DNA of 64,000 nucleotides from Neisseriales bacterium (GTDB lineage Bacteria; Pseudomonadota; Gammaproteobacteria; Burkholderiales; Q3-R57-64): NCBI GenBank assembly GCA_016699915.1, contig CP064990.1, positions 448,671 to 512,670 of the forward strand, read 5' to 3'. Shown piece by piece: positions 57,871 to 64,000 of this stretch (position 1 is its first letter; each line of letters starts with the position of its first letter). The notes under the pieces were generated by a model. It saw only the letters and a program-made list of their open reading frames with translations, ran no database searches and was not told where the DNA came from. The position numbers and the translations under genes were made by a program.

Positions 57871-58648
57871 AGAACTCTGGGCCATACAGCAGTCTAAAGT
57901 TACACACAAACCTGATAATCCAACTTTCCAAACCATGCAAAGCAGAGAAGAAGAATTGAGTGACGAAGTAATGGTGATGCGAGATGAGATAAAAAGCTTA
58001 CTAACAACTCTGCAGTACGACGAGCGATCCAGGTACGAAGAAAAAACTCCTACAGGAAAAGTAGAACCAAAACCGCTGTACGAAGAGCCGCCCAGCATAA
58101 CACGGGGGGAAGACGCATTATTAACTATATATCGCGAAGCAGAATCTATAGGAGAGATGCAAGCACCATCCAGCATAACGGATGAAGAACAGTTTCAAAG
58201 CATTAGTAGGAGTAAGAGAAAGCGATTAAAGGCAGAATTTGCAATAATAAGAAAAGAGCTTGAACAATTAAAACACGGCGAGCTAAGCATACCCCAAACA
58301 ACTTCTTTCTGGAACTGGAAAACTGCCCTTGGAGCCGGTGGAGCCGGGGTTGGATTAGTAGCGTTAGGATTTGCAATTGGCTACGTAGCCAGCCTGCTAA
58401 TAATAGATGATGACGACGACGGAGAAGAAACGACTACAGAAGATACGACCGGAGAAGAAACGACTACAGAAGATACGACCGGAGAAGAAACGACTACAGA
58501 AGATACGACCGGAGAAGAAACGACTACAGAAGATACGACCGGAGAAGAAACGACTACACCTCCTGAAGAAGGAAGTACTACCACAGCAACACCTGCCACA
58601 CCAACATCAATTCCAAATAGTGGGGGGGGGGGGCAGGCGGTGGATTAG
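56684..58648 (+). CDS. Giant-gene part 2: coiled-coil repeat protein with C-terminal Gly/Ala-rich hydrophobic segment and acidic Thr-rich tandem repeat
   Basis: 654-aa ORF whose first candidate start is TTG 56684. The frame is actually open from 56573 through the G10 tract. It contains two repeats of about 200 aa (600-nt period), a TM-like ALGAGGAGVGLVALGFAIGYVASLLII segment and (GEETTTEDTT)x4. It ends 13 nt after the G12 tract. Confidence 0.7.
   Translation: MKFHVDLPERFNKEIETRLANLKKDLLVIDQQTAIVHELAEQKRTIQKFFGSGNLKEPTINEEARLLTARYIKELEQRIVELDTATEKINKELREVSLTETVSRIYKNELRKIKEAKIQLTSALQSALEQLSKLPSITDEKSLKPDTPSAKKTEEPQPTSTTVPAERNPTEEVKATPQYDETPSIMDEEEPLTPSSNQGILESYVDLPLQISLLESIQHPTKEDVEQLANLRKDLRNQIAQQIAIISRLESQNKAIHNSLKSGRLTIAEESNEKYIDKLTQRIDEFNTVIEEINERLARQSFLIDSAKTVYETQLRKMEDEKKQLESALQVALERIHNSSLTAADEISTIHNTQLRKMEDEKKQLESALQVALEVTEEKSPSEINVLGKKIDDINTELWAIQQSKVTHKPDNPTFQTMQSREEELSDEVMVMRDEIKSLLTTLQYDERSRYEEKTPTGKVEPKPLYEEPPSITRGEDALLTIYREAESIGEMQAPSSITDEEQFQSISRSKRKRLKAEFAIIRKELEQLKHGELSIPQTTSFWNWKTALGAGGAGVGLVALGFAIGYVASLLIIDDDDDGEETTTEDTTGEETTTEDTTGEETTTEDTTGEETTTEDTTGEETTTPPEEGSTTTATPATPTSIPNSGGGGQAVD
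57619..57804 (+). repeat. Perfect 66-nt direct repeat at a 120-nt period
   Basis: 57619-57684 is identical to 57739-57804 and encodes TQLRKMEDEKKQLESALQVALE twice. Confidence 0.95.
58421..58558 (+). repeat. Perfect 30-nt tandem repeat, 4.6 copies
   Basis: GGAGAAGAAACGACTACAGAAGATACGACC occurs four times (58421-58540) plus an 18-nt partial copy. It encodes (GEETTTEDTT)4-GEETTT. Confidence 0.95.
58622..58633 (+). repeat. Homopolymeric G12 tract at the ORF2/ORF3 junction
   Basis: Counted directly: nine g at 58622-58630 plus three g at 58631-58633. Confidence 0.95.
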
Positions 58649-58650
58649 TA

Positions 58651-59340
58651 TTGGGACTCTTAGGCTTACTAGGAGCTGGTGCTGCAGCTTTCATGATGAT
58701 GAATGATACAGACGAGGAAGGCGAAGAAATAGAAGATGAAACCCTACCTTTACCTGAAGACAAAACGAAAGTTTCCAATAACATGACACTAAGTGATGAA
58801 CTCGTGGCACTACTCAAACTGTTCTATCGAATGGAACAAAAAACAGTTACAAAAAAAACTACAGTAACCAATCAACTGTCTCATCATCAACTTCATCCTT
58901 TCTTATTACTCGCTATGAATGGGGATGGTCCTTTGGTGATGGGATCACAATCAGCACGATATCTTAAGAGCGAGAAGCCTTTACTACCACCGTTACGGGT
59001 GGATTATCATCCCTCTACACGACAACGCTATAACTGGTTGCCTTATCAAGCCTGGCATAACAATCAACCTGAAATAGATGAACCACCAGAAATAATTACC
59101 TTCACCCCTAATCAACCAGTTGAAGTCTACGATGGCAATTTATATGACTTACAGAACCAGGATAGCGACTATCAACAATGGATCATTGGATTAGACTATG
59201 ACTTCACTTCTCAAATAAAACTGAACTGTTCGCTGGGCTATTTAGCCAGTCATAGTATCTATCATTTAACCAACGATAAACGAGAAGATAAGAAGCGAAA
59301 AACCTTTACTGCTGGTATTGATTTGATGATTCGGTTTTAA
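58651..59340 (+). CDS. Giant-gene part 3: Gly/Ala/Leu-rich hydrophobic segment, acidic stretch and C-terminal OMP beta-strands ending in Phe
   Basis: 229-aa ORF whose first candidate start is TTG 58651. The frame is open from 58621 through the G12 tract. The C-terminus WIIGLDYDF...KLNCSLGYLA...TFTAGIDLMIRF has alternating hydrophobic residues and a terminal Phe, which is the beta-barrel assembly signature. Confidence 0.65.
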   Translation: MGLLGLLGAGAAAFMMMNDTDEEGEEIEDETLPLPEDKTKVSNNMTLSDELVALLKLFYRMEQKTVTKKTTVTNQLSHHQLHPFLLLAMNGDGPLVMGSQSARYLKSEKPLLPPLRVDYHPSTRQRYNWLPYQAWHNNQPEIDEPPEIITFTPNQPVEVYDGNLYDLQNQDSDYQQWIIGLDYDFTSQIKLNCSLGYLASHSIYHLTNDKREDKKRKTFTAGIDLMIRF

Positions 59341-59448
59341 GAGTAGGATAGTTACTAACCAAATTATATTGGATGAATTGGTTCTTCAAATTTAACATAA
59401 TATATATTATACGAAGTTAAATAAGTAGAACATAAACGAACTAACTGC

Positions 59449-59481
59449 TCTCTTAGTCAAGCAAAATGCTTGACTAAGAGA
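59449..59481. terminator. Perfect 14-bp hairpin between convergent genes (candidate bidirectional terminator)
   Basis: TCTCTTAGTCAAGC-aaaa-GCTTGACTAAGAGA. There is no clear U-tract on either side. Confidence 0.5.
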
Positions 59482-59502
59482 TTCTGATAGATTGTTAATG
59501 GC

Positions 59503-60069
59503 TTATAGAATGATGCATTGCGCTATCATAGCTTGATAATGCTCTAATTCTGGAGGGATAAAATCGGCTTTTTTCCCTTTATCATCCGCAATACGCACTT
59601 TAAGCGAATCTTCAAAATAGGGATCGGTTTCAAATTCGAGTAACTCAAGATCTGTCATGCGACCACGTTGGTGAGGTAAGTTAAGGGTATATTTGCTGTG
59701 TTCACTTAAACCGTCATAGTACTCTTTTGAGTTAGTGACTAAATAGCGCTTTGCCGCAACGTGATTACGCGCTAGTGCGCACACTTTCGGTGTGAAATAT
59801 AGTTCACGCAATAAACGTCCACTGAGGTATTCGTGACCAAGCCCTGAGTCTAATTCCTCAAGGCTTACTCCCTTTTCCATAGCGTTTAAACGTCCTATAT
59901 CATGGAGCAGTGCAGCGATGATTGTTTCTGCATCACCATCTGCCTTTTTCGCAAAGTAAGCACTTTGTAGGGCATGGGTAAGCTGTGAGACTCCCTCCCC
60001 CATATAGTCCAAATCAGCTGCTTGAGCCATGATTTTTTCAATTTTTGCAACAATGATTTCTTTTGTCAT
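59503..60069 (-). CDS. HD-domain protein, PhnZ/TmpB-like (mixed-valent diiron oxygenase family) candidate
   Basis: 188 aa. Ligand-like pattern H32, H56-D57 (LLHDIG), H79 (GLGHE), H103 (NHVAAKRYL) and D162. This matches the six-ligand spacing I recall for PhnZ (H34/H58-D59/H80/H104/D161). Confidence 0.6.
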   Translation of the reverse strand: MTKEIIVAKIEKIMAQAADLDYMGEGVSQLTHALQSAYFAKKADGDAETIIAALLHDIGRLNAMEKGVSLEELDSGLGHEYLSGRLLRELYFTPKVCALARNHVAAKRYLVTNSKEYYDGLSEHSKYTLNLPHQRGRMTDLELLEFETDPYFEDSLKVRIADDKGKKADFIPPELEHYQAMIAQCIIL

Positions 60070-60104
60070 GATTGAATTTTTCCAATGATAAATGGTAGAT
60101 GAAG

Positions 60105-61382
60105 TTATTGTAAGTTCGTTTCAGCAATACCACGGGGATACATTAACGTTAATAAAGCTCCCCCAAAAAGTGGTAAAGACATGATCATGACAGCTATATA
60201 GATTCCTATTGAGTGCTCCAAGAATGGCAGAAACATGGTACCGACGAACGCACCTATCTTACCCATGCTAGCAACAAAACCATGACCCGTTGCACGGATG
60301 GATGTTTCGTAGATTTCTGCTGGTATTAGATAGGTTGTTGTTCCGACTAGTGCTATAAAAAAGTTGTACAGCATAAAAATCGATACAATAAAAGTATTGC
60401 TGGTAAAAATCGGATGGAATATTCCGAACCCTAAAGACAGTAAACAAATTGCTGTGATAAAGAACCAAATACTTTGGAAGGTACGCCGATCCATTTTGTT
60501 AATAATGAGCCTAGCTATAATACATCCGGCGAGTGTTGCTAAGGATGTAAAAATGGTCACTTTAAAAGCATTACTGATTTTTTCAAAGGGATCTACTGAT
60601 TGATGAATTTGCAATATCATCAATATGGTTGGCATAAACATGTGAATGCCGTATTCGGAAATGTCTTTTAACGCATAGCAGGACGAGGCAATGAAAGTAC
60701 GCTTTCGGTACTGCGGATTACAAATTTTTACAAATCCGCTAAAGGTTGTTTTGATCCGCTGTGCTGCTTTCCACAGAAAGCTTTCAGGTAACTTTGTACG
60801 TAAAAGCGAGCCAATGATCGCTGGGATGGCTCCGAGCAAGAACATCCAGCGCCATGCTGTATTGGAGGAATCTACTTGTATAATTAAAAAAGCCGCCAAT
60901 GCTCCGGCTGGATAACCAATTGCATTGATGATTCTAATCATAGCAACGGATTTTCCTCGCTTAAAACGAGCTATTTCAGCCAAGTAAGATGCACAAATTG
61001 GATAATCTGCCCCTACCCAAAATCCTACCAAAAACCGAAAGCACATAAACGATTCTGGATTCCATGCACAGGCCGACAATAAAGAGACCATAATAAATGC
61101 AATCATATTGACATACATGAGTGATTTACGTCCAAATTTGTCGGCAAACATACCTACTAAGAAGGCTCCTAGAGCTGCTCCCAGGGGTGCAGCGGCTTGC
61201 ATTAATCCCAGTAAAAGCCCTTCAACCTGAAATCCTTGTTTAACAAAAGGCTCCGCCATGGAGGCAATAAATAAATCATAAGCATCAGTAAACATACCAA
61301 TCCCGCAAACAGCTAGCACTAAAGCATGGTTCACAGATTCTTTCTGTGAGAACGTAGGATTTTCTCCGCTAGTTTGACTCAT
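60105..61382 (-). CDS. MFS transporter, phosphate:H+ symporter (PHS/Pho84)-like or sugar-porter-like
   Basis: 425 aa with about 12 TM segments. MFS motif A-like FADKFGRKS, and PAEIYETSIRATGHGFVASMGKIGAFVG resembling the PHS-family signature after TM10. Confidence 0.7.
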   Translation of the reverse strand: MSQTSGENPTFSQKESVNHALVLAVCGIGMFTDAYDLFIASMAEPFVKQGFQVEGLLLGLMQAAAPLGAALGAFLVGMFADKFGRKSLMYVNMIAFIMVSLLSACAWNPESFMCFRFLVGFWVGADYPICASYLAEIARFKRGKSVAMIRIINAIGYPAGALAAFLIIQVDSSNTAWRWMFLLGAIPAIIGSLLRTKLPESFLWKAAQRIKTTFSGFVKICNPQYRKRTFIASSCYALKDISEYGIHMFMPTILMILQIHQSVDPFEKISNAFKVTIFTSLATLAGCIIARLIINKMDRRTFQSIWFFITAICLLSLGFGIFHPIFTSNTFIVSIFMLYNFFIALVGTTTYLIPAEIYETSIRATGHGFVASMGKIGAFVGTMFLPFLEHSIGIYIAVMIMSLPLFGGALLTLMYPRGIAETNLQ

Positions 61383-61469
61383 AGTACTTTCTCTGTTATG
61401 TGTATAAATATTGAAACGTTAACTGCCGAGCCTACGTAACATAAAACCAATTAAAAAACAAATTAAAAT

Positions 61470-61997
61470 TTAACTTTTTAAACAATTCATTGCATCCATT
61501 TTAGAACTTGTGCACTGGCTACATAGCGCTATGGCTTGAGCTACTATGGCTTCTCCTTGACCAATATAACCGAATCGCTCATTCGTTTTTGCTTTGACAT
61601 TTACAGCTTGCAATGTTATCTGAAGATCCGAGGCAATATTTTGGCGCATCACGTCAAGATAAGGAGTTAATAATGGAGCTTGTGCAATGACTGTTGCATC
61701 AATATTAGCTACTTTAAAATTTGCAACCGCTATCTTCTGTTGAGTCAACCGCAACAATTGACGGCTATCAATAGCACGCAAGGCAGGGTCGTGATCTGGA
61801 AAATGACGTCCAATATCTCCCAATCCGGCTGCCCCTAACAAACTGTCGATAATGGCATGTAACAATACATCAGCATCAGAATGGCCTAAAAGACCTAATT
61901 CGAACGGTATCGTTACGCCACCCAAAATAAGCGGCCGATCTGTTACTAAAGCGTGGATGTCATACCCCTGACCCACTCGACATATTGTGTCAATCAC
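61470..61997 (-). CDS. ispF: 2-C-methyl-D-erythritol 2,4-cyclodiphosphate synthase
   Basis: 175 aa, GTG start. [20 protein letters not shown] and GDIGRHFP motifs. Confidence 0.9.
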   Translation of the reverse strand: MIDTICRVGQGYDIHALVTDRPLILGGVTIPFELGLLGHSDADVLLHAIIDSLLGAAGLGDIGRHFPDHDPALRAIDSRQLLRLTQQKIAVANFKVANIDATVIAQAPLLTPYLDVMRQNIASDLQITLQAVNVKAKTNERFGYIGQGEAIVAQAIALCSQCTSSKMDAMNCLKS

Positions 61998-62009
61998 GCT
62001 AGATATCCT

Positions 62010-62711
62010 CTATGAGTGTAGATGAGTAAAAGTAAGCAACGCTGTTGCTAAAGCTAGATCAGTCGAATAAGTTACTTTGATATTATTAGTTGCGCCCCTC
62101 ACTAAGGTTGGTCGATAACCTAAATATTCTATGGCAGAGGCTTCATCAGTCGCTTCTATTTCTTGTTTTAAAGCCTTCATCAATAAATAAGCACGAAACA
62201 TTTGCGGTGTTTGTGCAAGCCACAAATTACTTTTCTCAACGGTTTGTATAATGCGAGATTCTGTATTCGTTTTTTTGAGCGTATCCGAAACGGGAATAGC
62301 CATAACGCCCCCCACTTCATCGTCTTTGAGGGTTTGAATAAAATAAGTTACTTGATCAGGTCTAATGCAACAACGTACGCCATCATGTACCAACAACCAA
62401 TCTTGTGGTTTAATCAAACCTTGTTGTTGCAAAGCAGCAATACCCAATTTCACACTTTGGAAGCGACTCCTTCCCCCTACTCTCAATACCATAAGTGATT
62501 TGAAAGCCGACCAATCAAATTGATCAAAATGCATATCACAAGGCGCAAGCACCACAGCCAATTGGGTAATCTCAGGTACTTTTGATAAAGCAAGAAGGGT
62601 ATAAAATAATAACGGTTTTCCGGCAATGCACTGATACTGTTTGGGTACTTTTTCATCCATACGTTGACCCATACCTGCAGCAGGCACTAATGCAATGCAT
62701 GACACAACCAT
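62010..62711 (-). CDS. ispD: 2-C-methyl-D-erythritol 4-phosphate cytidylyltransferase
   Basis: 233 aa. VPAAGMGQRM motif, VHDGVRC and TDEASA motifs. Lies upstream of ispF. Confidence 0.9.
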   Translation of the reverse strand: MVVSCIALVPAAGMGQRMDEKVPKQYQCIAGKPLLFYTLLALSKVPEITQLAVVLAPCDMHFDQFDWSAFKSLMVLRVGGRSRFQSVKLGIAALQQQGLIKPQDWLLVHDGVRCCIRPDQVTYFIQTLKDDEVGGVMAIPVSDTLKKTNTESRIIQTVEKSNLWLAQTPQMFRAYLLMKALKQEIEATDEASAIEYLGYRPTLVRGATNNIKVTYSTDLALATALLTFTHLHS

Positions 62712-62717
62712 GAGTTG

Positions 62718-63410
62718 CTATTCCTTATATCGTCGCCATAAGCATTTTTCGCCTAATTGATGAAGATAGGCTTCATGTAAAGCGTTTTCCGCTTCGGTTG
62801 CCTTGTGTAGCACTAAAGCTGATTTATCCACCTTTAAGATCGACGAAAAGGCCTTAAGATAACCTTGTGCCTCGACATGCATCGTCAAACTTTCCTGGCC
62901 ACGAGTTAATAGCAAATAAATCTTGGCCAATAAACTGCAGTCTTTTTTAGCGCCATGTAATGTTCTATCTGATCGATCAATATTAAATCGGTCGCATAAC
63001 GCATCTAAATTATTTCGTTTACCTGGGAACATTTCTCGTGCCAATTGAAGCGTATCAATAATATTTGGACAAATCTTTTCCACCGGATCCATCCCCAATT
63101 GCTTCAATTCTATATTGAGGAATCCTATATCAAATGCTGCATTATGAATAATCAGTTCTGCACCATGAATAAATTCGACAATTTGATGCGCTACTTTATC
63201 AAAGGTTGGTTTTGTTGCTAAGAATTCTGTGGTAATACCATGCACCAATAAGGCTTCTTGCTCAATTTCTCGTTCAGGATTAACATGGGTATGATAATTT
63301 GCACCCGTTAGTACACGATGCACCATTTCAAGCCCAGCAAATTCAACGATGCGATGGCCTTGTGCTGAATCAAGCCCTGTTGTTTCTAGGTCGAGAATAA
63401 CCTGTCTCAT
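62718..63410 (-). CDS. dnaQ: DNA polymerase III subunit epsilon (proofreading 3'-5' exonuclease)
   Basis: 230 aa. Exo[10 protein letters not shown], Exo[12 protein letters not shown], Exo[17 protein letters not shown]. Confidence 0.9.
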   Translation of the reverse strand: MRQVILDLETTGLDSAQGHRIVEFAGLEMVHRVLTGANYHTHVNPEREIEQEALLVHGITTEFLATKPTFDKVAHQIVEFIHGAELIIHNAAFDIGFLNIELKQLGMDPVEKICPNIIDTLQLAREMFPGKRNNLDALCDRFNIDRSDRTLHGAKKDCSLLAKIYLLLTRGQESLTMHVEAQGYLKAFSSILKVDKSALVLHKATEAENALHEAYLHQLGEKCLWRRYKE

Positions 63411-63898
63411 GATTTTTCCGCTTGCGATGCCATGACTTGTTGTTGTGCCATTAAAACACCTTGATTGGCTAGTTTATCAGCCCATTCATTGCCTGTGTCT
63501 CCAGCATGTCCTTTTACCCATCGCCAATGAATAGTATGGCGCGTTGTTTCGTTATCTAATTGCTGCCATAAATCTTTATTTTTCACTGGTTTTTTATTGG
63601 CAGTTCGCCAATGGCTGATTTTCCAATTGTTGAGCCATTCGCTGATCCCTTTTTTGACATATTGAGAATCGGTATACAACGTCACATTACACGGTTGATC
63701 AAGGGCTCTTAATCCTTCAATCACGGCGGTTATTTCCATCCGATTGTTCGTTGTTGCTGTGGCGCCACCCCATAGCTCCTTTTTATGTTGATGGTAACAA
63801 AGCAAGGCACCCCACCCCCCTATTCCTGGATTACCCTTACATGCACCGTCTGTGTAAATAACTACCTGCTTTTGTTTTATTTTAGCCGTATTCATCAT
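63407..63898 (-). CDS. rnhA: Ribonuclease HI
   Basis: 163 aa. [30 protein letters not shown] and [14 protein letters not shown] motifs. The stop overlaps the dnaQ ATG (ATGA). Confidence 0.9.
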   Translation of the reverse strand: MMNTAKIKQKQVVIYTDGACKGNPGIGGWGALLCYHQHKKELWGGATATTNNRMEITAVIEGLRALDQPCNVTLYTDSQYVKKGISEWLNNWKISHWRTANKKPVKNKDLWQQLDNETTRHTIHWRWVKGHAGDTGNEWADKLANQGVLMAQQQVMASQAEKS

Positions 63899-64000
63899 GA
63901 ATCGCTTGGATGATTAATACAAATAGAGTTTTTGCTTTCCGCAACAACCGCTGGCTTAAAGTTGACTGGTCGCCATTTTGGCATCAAGCGATGTGCGCCA
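63895..64000 (-). CDS. 3' end of an unidentified CDS running off the window
   Basis: An open frame on the minus strand ends ...[14 protein letters not shown], with the TGA overlapping the rnhA ATG (ATGA-type coupling). Only 35 codons are visible. Confidence 0.35.
   Translation of the reverse strand, partial: GAHRLMPKWRPVNFKPAVVAESKNSICINHPSDS

Larger units (their letters stand above)
48697..59340 (+). other. Composite locus: apparent single giant (about 3,547-codon) surface/outer-membrane gene split into three ORFs at two poly-G tracts
   Basis: The ORFs are in frames 1, 2 and 1. Each downstream frame is open through the G tract, starting at a stop placed just 5' of it (TAA 56570-72; TAG 58618-20). 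Repeat homology extends upstream of the ORF2 start codon. Only ORF1 has a signal peptide, and only ORF3 has an OMP C-terminal signature. Confidence 0.6.

Noticed and set aside
57523-58176. 217-aa ORF on the minus strand inside giant-gene part 2. Similar antisense ORFs lie at 56893-57273, 56898-57128 and 58381-58599, the last encoding the (VVSSP) repeat.
   Set aside because: These ORFs are antisense to a strongly repeat-structured, purine-rich coding strand. Their Ser/Cys/Val-rich low-complexity translations have no start or SD context and are the expected by-product of GAA/GAG-rich sense codons.
58407-58706. 99-aa alternative-frame ORF (EKKRLQKIRP repeats) spanning the 30-nt VNTR and the G12 tract.
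   Set aside because: It is open only because the repeat unit lacks stops in all frames. It has no independent start signal. It matters only as the 24-codon tail that a G11 variant of ORF2 would acquire.
59366-59425. TATACGAAGTTAA, matching 12 of 13 nt of a loxP arm (TATACGAAGTTAT), in the AT-rich spacer after the giant locus.
   Set aside because: No second inverted arm or 8-bp spacer is present, and there is no recombinase gene nearby. A single 12-nt match in AT-rich DNA is most likely coincidence.

Overview
This is a chromosomal window from an AT-rich (about 40% GC by eye) gammaproteobacterium; several operons have E. coli-like gene order, but I cannot name the organism from sequence alone. 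Most of the window is housekeeping. (i) 1-14.1 kb holds a block that matches, from memory, the poorly understood E. coli cluster mocA-ygfK-ssnA-ygfM-xdhD-guaD-ghxQ (a molybdenum-hydroxylase and purine module), followed directly by modABC. (ii) 14.1-25.3 kb (minus strand) holds clpB, ppiD, hupB, lon, clpX, clpP, tig and tRNA-Leu(UAG). (iii) 25.4-36.8 kb holds a stand-alone PolB-like 3'-5' exonuclease, mnmG, rsmG, atpBEFHAGDC (no atpI) and glmU. (iv) 36.8-48.6 kb holds tsaD, nusB-thiL-pgpA, ndk-rlmN-ispG, hisS-yfgM-bamB-der and purA. (v) 59.5-64 kb (minus strand) holds a PhnZ-like HD-domain protein, a Pho84/PHS-like MFS transporter, ispF, ispD, dnaQ, rnhA and a truncated ORF. The unusual region is 48.7-59.3 kb. 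Three consecutive same-strand ORFs (2640, 654 and 229 aa) are separated only by frame changes at a G10 tract (56580-56589) and a G12 tract (58622-58633). At each junction the downstream frame is already open through the tract. Only the first ORF has a signal peptide and porin-like N-terminal strands, and only the last ends in a classical outer-membrane beta-signal (...GIDLMIRF). The roughly 9 kb in between encodes Cys-x8-Cys helical modules, Pro/Lys-rich and coiled-coil/acidic low-complexity sequence, nested DNA repeats (600-nt, 294-nt, 120-nt and a perfect 30-nt VNTR) and two Gly/Ala-rich hydrophobic segments. I read this as a single giant surface or outer-membrane gene of about 3,547 codons, either under two-tract slipped-strand phase control or split by homopolymer sequencing errors. 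Its function is unknown. I found no CRISPR arrays, IS elements, integrases or rRNA.
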